Positions 25,001 through 37,220 of a stretch of 64,000 nt of DNA are shown here, in pieces. Below the pieces are notes generated by a model. The model worked only from the letters and a program-made list of their open reading frames with translations, ran no database searches and had not been told where the DNA came from. A program made the translations under genes and the position numbers. The DNA comes from Pelomyxa schiedti (taxonomy: Eukaryota > Protista > Evosea), in assembly GCA_020536535.1 (NCBI GenBank), contig JAHLWZ010000206.1:16268-80267 (forward strand), written 5' to 3'. The first letter of the stretch is position 1. The number at the start of each line of letters is the position of its first letter.

Positions 25001-27922
25001 ATCATCCCCTCTGGTACAGATGTTGGCATTGATATTAATAGAATTAATAGAAAGTGATAGGGAAACAAGAGGCCTTACTTGTGGGATCGACCTCGTGACT
25101 GTGTATCATTAAGAAAAGGTAAGTTAAAAGAAGGGACAAACCGAAACATCATCAACAGCCGAAAAAATGATATTGATTAAGTCGGCAGTTAAAGTGTCAT
25201 CTGCAACAATCTTGTTTCCTTCCACATGTGTTTGGGCAACCTCGATAATCTGGTTTTGAAATTCGTTTAATTGAAAATGAGGATTTGATGGCCATATACT
25301 TTAGTGGCAAACTTGCTGGCTGCTTCGTTTTGGGACGTTATCTAAGGCAACTTAGATAATTGTTCATTGTGAAATACTTAGGAATTACAATGGTCATATT
25401 AGATGAATGCTTTCTGTGCGTCTGCGTCATGGTTAAAGCGAAGTAAAGGTATTGATAATTACAGTATGTCTGTGCTTGTGGATATCAGATTTTTCTGGTT
25501 TGGCCTAGAATGTTCAAGAAGTTAGGTTTTTTTTCCCCTAAGCTCAGATACCAGATCGGTTTTTTTCGTGTCTTCCTTAGTGGGGATTGTCTTGAGTGTC
25601 TCAGTGGGTCCAGAAATGGGTGGAATTGGTGGGGAATCACAAGGAACTTTTGGTACATCCACAGCAGAAGGTTTTGGTGGCTCGGTTGTAGGATGAAGTT
25701 TTGCATCCTCAATCTGAGCTTTTGCTTGCTCGATGCGCTGCCATTCTGCTGCTATTGCATCTCTATCAATGAAATCTATAAATAGGCCAGAGAACAATCT
25801 GGAAAGAACCTGTCCTGCTGAGCTTGCAATCTTGCAAGTGCAATTTCTTTTTTCTCTTGTTTGAGTTGCTTCTCTTGTTGTTCCAGCTGTTGTAGGCTAG
25901 ATTCAATTTCCTTTTTTTGCTGCTCCAACTTGAGTTTCAACTCCGAATCTTCCTGGTTAAGAACTGGTTCTGTAATTTTCTCGGCACTGTGTAAGGTTGT
26001 TTCTGAAGACAATGCTTCCTGTGAAGTCTGTCTTACAGGAGTAGCAGATGGAGGGGCGTCAGAGTCCTGAGAATTTCTTCTCGCGGGAGTAACAGCCAAA
26101 TTGGCGTTGAAATCCTGTGAATTGCGGCGTGTCGGAGTAGCAGCTGGGCTCGCAGTGAATTCCTGGGAGTTGCGTCGTATGGGAGTTCCAACCTGGATTT
26201 CAATAAGCCAAAAATAAAAAAGGAAAAAGGAAAAACAATACATTTTCTGGGAGTGTTGATGGAGTTCCTTCTGGCTTTGGAGGTATGGATATTGTTGTTG
26301 TTGGAACTGGTGTAGTGTCAACTGTTGTTGAGCTTTCTGATTCAGCTTCTCTTTTTTTTTTTTTTTTCCCCTGAGTCATTGAAGAGGAGGGAAATATTCT
26401 TACGATTGAGCAGCCTTAATTGCTTCCTTGACAACATCAGTCAGCTTTGCAATTCCAGCTCGAAGCTGATCAGTGTAAAGCATATTTCCTTGGTTCTAGT
26501 GACAATTAACTACTTTATGTTTCCCAGGAATGTATTACTTGACATAACATTTTAGCCGAAGTCAAAATTTCAACTCCAATAGTTTTAGTCCTATGTTGCT
26601 TATGTTAGCTGCAGTATTGGTAGGACAGAATACATACTGTAGAACATAGCATGTTGTAGCTGGTGAGAAGCTCAAAACTTTTATAAATTCAGCTGCAGCG
26701 GCTGAAAATAGTCTTCTCTGATCGTCACAGGATATTGACATCATGTCACTTGATGAAGTTGTTGAAGCAAGGAGTTGAGTTACACATGTCAACATCCCCC
26801 GAGCACTTTGTGTGAGTCTCTGATCAAGGGAAACCTGTGCAGAATGGGAGCATATTAAAGATTCAAATAATAATAAACCTCACTTGCTCGGAGTGAAGGA
26901 GGAGCAGGAGATAGTGAGCGGAGGTTCCGTGTTAATGGTGGGGGAGGTGATAGCTGTCGAGAAAAAGAATCTGCAGAGTTAAAGGAAAGAGGTCTTGTTG
27001 GAGTATCAGGTGGATGCTCACTACTTACTGTTAGCTTTGGAGGTGGTGGAGGTGGAGGGGGTGGCGGTGGGGGAGGAGGTGGCGGGGGAGGCGGAGGTTG
27101 TTGGGTGGATTCTGAAATTGGAGGGAGGGGAGGGGTTGGAGCTGGATTCGAAGGTAGTGCAAGTGGTGAACTTGGTGGTATTAATTGGGTTTGTGATAGT
27201 GATAGGTCCAAATGTTGTAGAACTCGTTTTAGAGAATCCGTCACACAGGCAAATGAAGTTGACAGTTTGGTGATAGTTTCAGGAGAAAAGTCGCTCTTAA
27301 TCACCACCTTTTTTCCCACAAAAAAGGAAGATAAACGTGATTGCTCGAACTTCTGAGAGCCAGTGAAATACCTTTGCTTGGGAGAGCATTTGGACCAGGG
27401 CCTCTCTTGAGTTTTCACAAGCCTCAATAACACTTTAGGGGAAGACATAAAGGAGTCATTAAGTGAGGAATCTAAGGGAAAATCATGCCTCGCGGATCCC
27501 ATTTCTCGAGCTGCGTGCGCCATGCCATTGAGCTCAGTAAGTACATAACGCGCAGTCGTCATAACATTCTCCTCAGTAATTTGTGGTTTTTGATTCTAGA
27601 AATTTCCATAGAACAACAACAACAATGCCAACAGCCAACAACAACACCAACAAAGGTGAGCAAGGAAAAACCACCAGTAAAGGTAACAAACAGAAGCAGA
27701 AGCAGTGATGTCATTCTTGAGGTCAATAGCCGCCTGCACAATAGAACGTGCTGATTGTTTGATCCCTGCAAGTAGAACACGAGAGTTGGTTTGGTGGACA
27801 TTTACATTGTTACCAAAATGAAACGGTACGAAAAACAAATTGCTGTGTTCACTTGTGAGGTGGTTTTGGTGTGGCTCTCTGGTAATTAGATACCTGGTGC
27901 AAGGTCCGTCATCAAAAAAACG
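22077..27922 (-). CDS. Large RasGEF (helical-bundle N-terminus, poly-Pro, coiled coil, REM and CDC25 domains); multi-exon, start uncertain
   Basis: REM: ITTATFNKLVEY...YTETFITT...IAIFLKYWIE. CDC25: IAQQLTNIEYGIFQAIE...APNIRKMLSRANELACWVA...LNNFSTLMAVLVGMNLSPILRLK...PSIPY...LYDLSLVREPR. Confidence 0.88.
26025..26185 (-). repeat. 48-bp period coding repeat (TP-x-RRNSQ x3-4)
   Basis: PIRRNSQEFTASPAAT-PTRRNSQDFNANLAVT-PARRNSQDSDAPPSAT-PVRQTSQE. Confidence 0.85.
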
Positions 27923-28046
27923 TTTCGTTTTTTTGTACTGTTTTTTTTGGGTTGCTTTTTCTCTGCATGTGGTGAACTTCGATCGGGGGTGTAGGTACCG
28001 TAACAAACGGGTGTGTTTTTGGGGATGAGAGGTGAAGGGGAGTAGT

Positions 28047-29292
28047 TCATGCGGCGATGGAGACACAAGCTATAGCGGTGAGGGAGACCACGAAGCCTAG
28101 GACCTTGACCCACTTGTCACGGCCGCTCTGTAGTGATTCCGGTAGGAGTTCGAAGGCAGTGAAAACAAACTGGTTGTGCGGCGTTGGGGAAATGTTATTT
28201 GTGGAAGGGAGAGAGGGTGTACAGTTAGAGCTATGGTGGGCATACTCAACGTACTGTTCCGGAAGCTATTCCAAGACATGTGCCTTCTACAAGGTCTTGA
28301 ATATCGTTTGATTTAGTTGCCTTACTCTTGTTAGAATGAGTGGAATCACAAAGCCTTACCAATGCCTTTAGAAGTATTACTCCTACCATAACCCCTAGTG
28401 GTGTAACACAGGAATATAGGACAACAAAACTCAGTGCGAGTGCTTTAGAGAGTCCTAATTTAAGATACCATCCACATAATCCACTCGTTTCTGCCCACTC
28501 GTGGGCAATAATGGCGATCAGTATTGATATAACATCTGTCAGAGAGGAGCACAATCCGAGAGCAAGGCCCGAGGAAAAACTGTGCACAGAGAGCGCTGCT
28601 GTTGTTGCCAATGCTTTGGCGACGTGGGCCCAGTGCCTGCCATGTGAAGGATGAGCAGGGACATTTTCAACTATAAAATCATGCCCGTCATCACTATTGC
28701 CTTTGAATTAGAGGTGTTATCATAGTTTAATTTTAATGAGTATCAACTTTGTATCTTCCGGCTTGCCACTAAGCGTAGTCATTAGGTGGCAGTGCGAATC
28801 CGACACATGGGAGTCTGCAGTACTAGCACTGTCTGTATGGACATGTGTATGACTATGGCCATGACCTCCTGAAGTGCCATGTTCGTGAGGAGCCAGTTGG
28901 TCAAATACAAGCACCATTGAAAAACCAAGGGTGCACAAAAACGGAGACATCGGGAAGCCATGAAAATCAAAGTTCACCAGTAACCTCCCTAATAGTGTGG
29001 GGTGATGCTCTTTACTGAGAAGGAAAACCTGAATCAGCGAGCATGTGGCACAAACCGACGCTAAGGAAAACGCCAGCCGAAACAGCTAATAGTATTTCAA
29101 AAAACCTGTGCTGTCCCTAAGAATTTGTGTTCATTTGGTCAAAGCACGAAGCACGAACAAGTACCGCCTTTAAAGATGCTGGGGCCTTACATGCAGGAAA
29201 AACGGTATGAGTGCACCAACAACGGATTCAATAGGAACAATAAATAGACAAGCCAGTTTGAGCACCGCCACTGTCCATTGTTCCCCTCCCAT
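28047..29292 (-). CDS. ZIP (SLC39) family zinc/iron permease; multi-exon
   Basis: AVSAGVFLSVGLCHMLAD, His-rich loop HEHGTSGGHGHSHTHVH, ALSVHSFSSGLALG, AIIAHEWAE, VTPLG, GIASGTFVFTAFELLPE. Confidence 0.92.
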
Positions 29293-29309
29293 ATTCGCCT
29301 TCGTTACGT

Positions 29310-29355
29310 GATCTACGTCCTACCACACCCAGATCTACGTTTCGTACTCGATCTA
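29310..29355. promoter_or_regulatory. Three GATCTA motifs in a 204-bp divergent intergenic region
   Basis: GATCTA at 29310, 29332 and 29350. Two of them extend to GATCTACGT. Confidence 0.35.
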
Positions 29356-29496
29356 TTATTTTTTAATAAACGTTTGCAGTAGATTTCATTCTTTTTTTTC
29401 CCTCGTCGCTGGGTGGCAGTGCTCCCCGGCTACTGTGTTGTCACTTTTTTTCGTTGGAGACCACACCATTTTGTATAATAAATACGACCACGTCCG

Positions 29497-32400
29497 ATGA
29501 GTCAGCATAGTCAGCCATGTGAGAGCAGTGGATCTGATGTGGCGCCTGCACCGGGGCTCGACCGTGATTGTATAAAAAACGTAATAGACCGAGTGAGGAC
29601 AACACCGAGAGACTTTGATTTGCCGCAATTCATGGATGCTGCCACTTATGTGGAGGTAGGGTTTGTCAGTCTCTTTCATTGGGAATCTTAATCTCTTGGA
29701 GGAGTGGATTCCCAAGGTTACAGACGCTGAGGATGTTCTTATTTTGGTCGAATATTTTGGTGTTGTCCTGGGTGATATAGATATTCTTGCCAGTGCCAAC
29801 CTCACATACTTGTCAAATTTTTGTCCAAACGCCTTTGCGCAGGTCCACTCTTGTATTCCTGCTGCAAAACATCTAACGAAAAAAATACAATACAAGGTAG
29901 TGTCAGTGTGTCAGCAAGATATTTTCCTTAATAGTATAGAATCAGCCTCTACCACTCAGGTATAGTGTCAACTACTTCTTTTTAACTTGGACAAGATAGA
30001 AACCCTACTTGTTGAATTTTCTTGCGCATTGTTGAATAAAATTGCCCTTGCTTGCAAATCTGCCGATCCTTGGGTACATCTAGTTGGCTGCTTGTTCAGT
30101 CCTTTTCTTTCACTTTTTCTCGGGCTGTTTCCTGTTGTTAAAGTTCATTGCCTCCTTCCGTATCACTAATTTTACTTACTATCTACAGGAAGTTGCACAG
30201 AAGTCCAAGGAGTTGGGTGCCCTACACCAAAAGCTATCCGATTTCTTTAAGTTTGCCCTAAGATAATCTATCACTCACAAGTAATTCACTTAACAGGGGG
30301 TGTTCAAATTTGATTGATGAGTATATAGCAAACACTTCAGCAGAAGATTTTCAACACATTCTCGAAAGTAATTTCTCTTGTGATGAAAACTTCATATTCC
30401 AATATCTAGCCAAGTTTCACAAGGTCTGTTTTCCATATGTGAGTGTAGTGAGAACTCCTGTGAAATGATGAATATGTCATGGAAATCTTTGAAGAATATA
30501 TTCCAACGGTTAGTGTCTTTCAGCTCTATTATTGGCAACTGAAGCCAAATACAGTTTTACCCCTCTGTTTATGCAGAGAGAGCACAACAGCCTTATAGAA
30601 AGGGTTTTGATATACGTGCGTAATTGCTTTGAGACACGTTTAGATTCTTTCGTTACCTCTATGGCTTCTAGTCAACATGTGTGGATATTGTTATCCTGAT
30701 GGGTTTAACCTTCCTTTCTAGCAAGATCAGACATGTAACCAGAAATTACGCCTAGCTCGGTTCTTTTTGAGTCTTCATTTCAGTCTTCTCAAATTATTTG
30801 GTACACCAAACAACTGTTGTTCTATTTACATTTTTGCAGTAACTTGTGTTGATCCCCAACCAATTGCAGCCCACTTTCTTCGTTTACGAGGGTATCTTTC
30901 TCTCCATATCTATTTATTTCACACCTCCAAGTAAAATGCCACCCTTCCAAGTGCCCTTGAACATGGATGTCCAAGTACAAGATGTATTCAAAAAAGCTAC
31001 AGGCAATATCTCAATGGGTTTTTTGTATTGTAATCAATTTCCCCTAGACATGTTTGACTCCATTGTGGAGCTGACATTTGAATCACTCGAGCCAGATGGA
31101 AAAATGATGTTCCTAAAGTAAGGTAAATATGTGAGATCGTCTCTAACTTGTACAAGGTTCTTCGCACCCAACTGCACAGAAGAAACAGAGGCCTCTGTGA
31201 AATTACGTGCACTTATGACCCTCCTGCCAGTAATATCTCTTTCCATAAAGACATGTGTGGTTTATAGGCAAGATGATTTAAACCAACAAATATCAGATGA
31301 CAAGTGGCACACGCATATTGGAGAACCAGTGGGTTGGATATGCCAATGTGCGATACACTTGAACTCGAACCTTTTGCTGGACCCAATCTCTTTTTGGGAT
31401 TTGGTTGTATTCTTTCACAGGCTGTTTTATATTGAAATGTAGGGAAGATAAAAAACGTGGGGAAACTCAATTCACTGCAGAAAACGTTTTTGGAATTCCG
31501 CCTGTTGCGCACTCTGGAGAATGATATTACACTATCATTTTCTTGTGTCAAATCTTGGAGTGCTTGTATATTGTACACTATTCAAGACAGTTACAAACAC
31601 ATCTTTCCGGGAAAGAGAACTTCGTACTATTATTAGCATGGTACTTTTTTAGATCTTTAACTCAAAAAAAAAAAAAAATCTTACATCTTCCCTAGTTGAA
31701 GTCAACAAATTCCACCCACTATTACCCAAGTCAATACAGCCGTCCGTTTACCAGTTTGCTTAACTTTCTTGTGCCTCTTTTGTCTGCAAATCTCAAGGTC
31801 AATATAAAATTTGTGAAGTAACATGTTATCAGAGAGTGAGCTTAATCTCAAAATCAAAAAGGAGCTTCTTTTTCGAGAACTGGTCAATTATAACCCATCT
31901 GTTGGCGTCCGGCAATTTGATAATTCTACAGTTCTGATTCTGTCTTCAGTCTCTCTTGCTGAATTATCGACAGGCAGCACTTCCATCCGCTCTGGCTTGA
32001 GTGGAATATTAAGTTGCACTTTAGCGGCAACTCGTAAACTTGCAGGCACCAGGGAAACTGACCCTGGAAAACTTGCTGTAATGGTTGGTTATTTCTGACA
32101 ATTCTTTAGTTAACTGAGCTTTGCAATAGCATGCAATGATGCAGGTTGTGTGTGGGCTCGTTCGATATCGCGATCTTCATACACAGACTTCCAGGTATTT
32201 CACCCTGTTTTTTTTTTCTTTGGTTTCTCAAATATCTTCTCAGTTCCAAACTACGAGATGCCTCAAGTCTTGCAATGGAAGTATTGTCCAACGAAAAACT
32301 CTCTGAAACCAACCTGTTTGCAGCGTAGGTGCACTGCACTTCTCTCACATATAACCAGATTTCCATTGGCACTAGAAATTGCCACTTACTCAGTGGAGTT

Positions 32401-33052
32401 CTCAACCCCGGCAAATATAGAAAAAACTCTTATTGCAGTCTCCAGACATTTGAACAAGCTTCCACTTGTCACTAGAAATTCTGCAGCCCAATTTTCATCT
32501 GTGTGCACTGGGATTGCCAAGGCATCCACCGAGCAGATTTCTTCAATCAATGATTGTGTCTCTGGCCTGTTTCAATCTCTGCTTTTACAGTGTGATGCAC
32601 AGCAGCACAATCAAAACTACTGGCTCAGTGCTTTTGAGGCAATGAATTGGTTCTCCAAGTATGCACTCACTGGGCCACCCACAAATATCCAGGCAGCAGT
32701 ACCCAAGCACATACAGCCACTTTTTGAGCAATTCCTGCAACGCAAACCACACCCCACTACATCCTCAGTGCAGGACACATTAGCAGCACACCAAGGGCTA
32801 TTGCAGAAATCACCTGGAGTTCCGCCCCCTATCCACCTGATCTGGGCTGCTAATGATGGTACCAGTGGGCTCGAAGGCATCTCAGAATCACTCCAGGTGG
32901 CATGTGACAGCCTATGTGAGTCTGTGGAACAAGTGGGCCAGTGCACCACAATCTCACCCTCAGACAAGGCCTCCATAATGACACAGTTGAAAGCAGCAAA
33001 GCAGTACATCTCTCAATTGGAAACCCTGATGAACAAAGGCAGTAAACACTAA
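29497..33052 (+). CDS. Alpha-helical hypothetical protein, possibly FIRRM/C1orf112 (DUF4487)-like; multi-exon
   Basis: Chain of exon ORFs separated by GT-AG introns. The C-terminal WLSAFEAMNWFSKYA segment loosely recalls C1orf112. The family assignment is weak inference. Confidence 0.55.
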
Positions 33053-33216
33053 CAGGATGCAACCCAGAACATTTTCTTTCCCCCCATCTACAAGAGTGGA
33101 ATTTGGGCAACACCAAGCTGTATCCCAAAACCAGAAGACTGAAAAAACTGTTTGGCTTTTTTTTGTTGGAAAATTTTCTTTAAAACAGGAATTTATACAA
33201 CAAAAGACTAAGAAAA

Positions 33217-34225
33217 TCAACAGCAGGACTTGGTTGGTGGAGGAGCTGCAAGGGAGATTGGGGGCTCAAATCTGTGGAAAATTGGTCTTGGAAAAAGAAA
33301 AAAAAGGGGTTTGGAGAGTGCACGCTTCTTCCTCTTTGGGGTCTGTTTCTGTTACTGCAGATATCAGGGTTTCAAAGGCAGTTTCAACATTATCTCCACT
33401 GAGTGCACTTGTCTTTGGGTTTGGTAAGAAATCGGACATGGTTGGTGGTGTGTTTTACCTCAAAATACTGTATTCTTCCTTTTGATTTGCACCAGGATTG
33501 GGCTGTTGCTGCAGAGACCTATGTATTTCGAGTTGCGTTAGGATTGGGGTGCACTAGAAATAATACGCACTTGTCTCCCCTCCAAATCAGTCTTGTTTCC
33601 AAATACAACAAACGGGAATTCCTCAGGGTTTCTGGGTGACACTTGCATGAGAAACTCTTCGTACCAACATTCAAGGTGTTCAAAGGTCTTGGGTTGTGTC
33701 ACGTCAAAAACGAGAACACAACAATCCGAACCTGCCTTAGTGTCAGGAAAAGTCCAATTCATTGGGAGAGTTACCTCTGTAGAAAGGAACACTCAAGCTC
33801 TGGAACCTTTCTTGTCCAGCCGTGTCCCATACCTGAACAAGTTAATTAGTTCAGTTTTGCTGAAGCGAAACGGAATACTTGAAGTGCAAACGGCTTATTC
33901 TTGACAATGACATCCTTTGAAAAGGTAAATGAAGTATTGTATATGTATCAAATACTTTTGTGAGGAAATCAGCACCAAGGGTAGTTTTATATTGTGCACT
34001 GAATCTCTTGTTTACGTATCTTATAAGTATGAGTGGGAGAAAAAAAGAAAAAAAAGCCAACGACAAACCTTTGAATCAAACACGATTTGCCAACACTGTC
34101 AGCGAGAAAGAAATGTGAATTTTGTGCATAAAGAAGACATATATTCACAGGCGCAGCAACATTATGGGATAACAGCCAACCTACCCGCTGTCACCCAACA
34201 GCACGATCTTCAACAATGTCGCCAT
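33217..34225 (-). CDS. Rab7-like small GTPase paralog; multi-exon
   Basis: [67 protein letters not shown] and C-terminal PTKSCC* prenylation motif. Confidence 0.92.
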
Positions 34226-36698
34226 CAAAAACACAGACCTTTACTTACCCCTAGTCATGGACAAGGAAATTCTCTCAGTCTGGGCACTGTACACAGAGGA
34301 TCCCAACTTGTTGTCTTTCCCAACTCTGGTCCAGAGGCACTTGTTTCTCCAATGGTAACCAACAACTTCGAATACCAGATAAATTGCATTTCATCGAAAA
34401 AGTCGAGGGGCTAGCCGGGGGACGTGCCTTCCGTCTTGGACGAGCGCAGCGAGCTCGTTCGGATTCTGCGCCGTGCGTACTGGGGGGTACTGAGCGACGA
34501 AACTAGACTGGAGCGCACGCTCAAGGCGCACGAAACTCAGCGTGTTTGGTTATATAAGACGGCCCTCGCAGTATATCCTGCTACGGTAACTGCGAAAGTG
34601 GCGAGGGCAAGGGAGCTCGTAGGGGAGAACACAGACCCTGTTCTCAGCAACTTTTTCAACGACGATAAACTCATCCTTAAAAACTTATGGGCGGAAGATT
34701 CACAGTACTACCTGCACCCAGATCGAACCCCCATAATTCAAGTAATACTTGCCTTGATGCACTTAATCCAAGTGTGTTGAATCCTTAAATTCGAGTTTCC
34801 TATTTATCTCTTCTTGTTCAGGAATATTCTGTGCCATCAGAGGTTCGAAACAAATCACAGAGTCCAACTGGCTATCAAGAGCAACGACCAAAGTACTTTA
34901 TACCCAAGAATGAGAAAAAGACAATCCAGACTGCCACATGGAAGCATTTTGTATGTGCCGAAGGAGAGCACCCCCTGGGCCAAGCTAATCCTATGGCGGA
35001 CCCTGGAAGTTTTATTCTGCCGGATATAGAGCAACTTGTTGCTGAGATGTCACGCCCACCTATCCCTAAGATCATCCATGGCGTGTGGGGGAAAGATGCA
35101 CAGTTGAACTCTGTGCAAGAAGTTGCAGAAAAATCCAATGCTTGCTATTTCACAATTAAATTTGACACATTAGTAAAACATCTGACAGGCAAGTCGTGGA
35201 ACTTTCTTACCTAAATAACTGCGTTATAGATGAATCACGTCTGAAGCTTTTTAACAAGAAGAAAAGTAAAGCTGCAAACAAATCATCCAAGGAAAAGTTC
35301 CTTTTGCACGTAACTGGCGTGAAGGTTAGTTATTGCCTACCGTTTTTTATTTGAGTTAGTCTCATCCAATATAAGTACTCTCCAAACTTATCCAAAGTGT
35401 GGCAGTAAGTTTTTTGTTTCCTTGTTGTCACCACTATTTATTCTTTACTTTTTTTCACCTTCTGCCAGGTTCCTAAGGGACAGAACAGACGATGTCACAG
35501 TCTTTGTTTCTGGCCTAGATCCATCTGTACTTAGACACTGTGGTGATCTCCAGTGCCACCGGCCCGTTTTGGTCAGTTATCGTCTAATTTCTTATGGCGT
35601 CAAGACAGTTGACAGGGCCGCAAATCCTTACAGTTTCATTTTTACAATAGTTCGGCCTTTTTCCCTTTCTTGGAGTTCATCTAATGCACTGTAGTATATA
35701 TGAAGATTGTGTTAAAGGGCAGTTTACTTGTATTGAAGATTATGTAAAAAAGGCCCAGCTGGTGCTTCAGAAGAAGTAACCAATTTCTTTTTACATACAC
35801 ACTGTATATTTTACCTCTTAAATATTTGGGCAGGTTGAAGGCAAGGTCTTTTTCCTCGCAACTCAGCAAGTTCCTTGCAAACTGGAGAAAGATACTTTTT
35901 TCCCCACGGAGACAAAAAATGGTTTGTATTGAGTATGGAGTTTTGAAAATCAGAGTACCAAATACGACATCTGGTTTGTGTTGTGCCTCTTGCAATAGTC
36001 TGATTTATAACACCAGATTACAACAAAATCATGAAGAACGCTTCCGAACTAAACTGTTTGGGAATAATGAAAGTCGTGCCACTGGAGTCGGTGGTTGAAG
36101 TGACTCCTCCCTATCCATGGCTTCAGAGGCAGATCAATCGTGATGATCTTCAGTACATGGTGCCAGAATTTCTATCAGTATGCGGGATGAAGCCTGCTAC
36201 ATGGGGCTTCACCTTTGAAGAAACCATTCTGATTGAGCTCACAAAACCTTGCTCGGTGCTCCTAATACAAATATTTGGTGGTCAGCTCTTCCAGGTATGG
36301 GGGTTTTTGCACAAAGAATATCTGTCAACCAACAATTTAGATATGCAGCAGTATTGGCTTCCTTTTGTGACTCTGGATGATGCGTCAATAGACAAATTAG
36401 CTGGGTTAAGGGTACTTAGGTGGTGCAAAGATGGGGTGGCAAGGGAAACACACAAATTAGATCTACGTTTTCTAGCAATTCGTATGGCAGGTAAATAGTT
36501 TCAAAACTTCAAACGCGAAAACTTACTATTCTTGCATCCACAGGAGCGCCAGCACACCTACCACTGTATATACCAGGTGTGCTGTTCTTCATAGTGTTAA
36601 AGAACTAAAACTTACTCACTTGTAGTTGACATTCAAGTTGCGGACATGTTTGAAGCACTTGGGTCCAACGGCCTTGTTGCAAAGGTTGAGGTGATAAA

Positions 36699-37173
36699 GG
36701 GTGGCGTTTGCAGTGTTTGTCAGCAACTGTGCTTGTGTTGTGCTGCGCCATTTGGCTGGGGGTTCCTTGTGAACCATCATCAGGAACTTTCCACAAGATC
36801 TAGATCGGGTACGATGAATGGCCACAGCATTGCCACGCCTCATGCGGCGCCTGCTTTGAATCTCAAAAATACTGTGGCTGAGCCACTGAAGTGCGCTTTT
36901 AGTTTCGTGCCTTGCGGCAACTCCACTCTCAAGGCATTCCTTTTTGACAACAAAAATTTGCATGGGTGGCTCATATCTCTTGCACAAACAGTTCGCAAGG
37001 AACCCCCAGCCAAATGGCGCAGCACAACACAAGCACAGAAGTGTAACAATTGCTAGCACAAGTTGAGTACCCCTGGATGCTCTTGGATAGGAGGGCATGG
37101 CCCACAAGGTTTTGGTGTAAGTTGTGCCCTGCAGAAATTCCTCCAAAGGGGTGGCGTTTGCAGTGTTTGTCAG
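36699..37173 (+). repeat. 25-bp exact direct repeat (36699-36723 and 37149-37173)
   Basis: gggtggcgtttgcagtgtttgtcag occurs twice and extends to ~28 nt with one G indel. Confidence 0.97.
36727..37038. repeat. 48-bp inverted repeat A (36727-36774 / 36991-37038, 1 mismatch)
   Basis: ctgtgcttgtgttgtgctgcgccatttggctgggggttccttgtgaac vs gttcgcaaggaacccccagccaaatggcgcagcacaacacaagcacag. Confidence 0.97.
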
Positions 37174-37220
37174 GAGCATCCAGGGGTACTCAACTTGTGC
37201 TAGCAATTGTTACACTTCTG
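37036..37220. repeat. 47-bp perfect inverted repeat B (37036-37082 / 37174-37220)
   Basis: cagaagtgtaacaattgctagcacaagttgagtacccctggatgctc vs gagcatccaggggtactcaacttgtgctagcaattgttacacttctg. Confidence 0.97.

Larger units (their letters stand above)
36727..37220. mobile_element. Candidate miniature non-autonomous DIRS-like element (termini plus internal complementary region, CTG junction)
   Basis: The element begins and ends with CTG. Internal 36991-37082 is the reverse complement of right end + left end joined through a shared CAG/CTG. Removing 491 bp restores the host frame (...VCSVCQQ-L-EVFLTLLLKYIY...). Confidence 0.55.

Noticed and set aside
36616-37206. 196-aa minus-strand ORF sharing peptides with plus-strand ORFs
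   Set aside because: A by-product of the inverted repeats; no transposase, RT or recombinase motifs.
36727-37220. Interpretation as two adjacent independent MITEs or as a CRISPR-like array
   Set aside because: The two hairpins overlap by exactly the terminal trinucleotide and lack individual target-site duplications. There are only two direct-repeat copies and no cas genes in this eukaryotic context.
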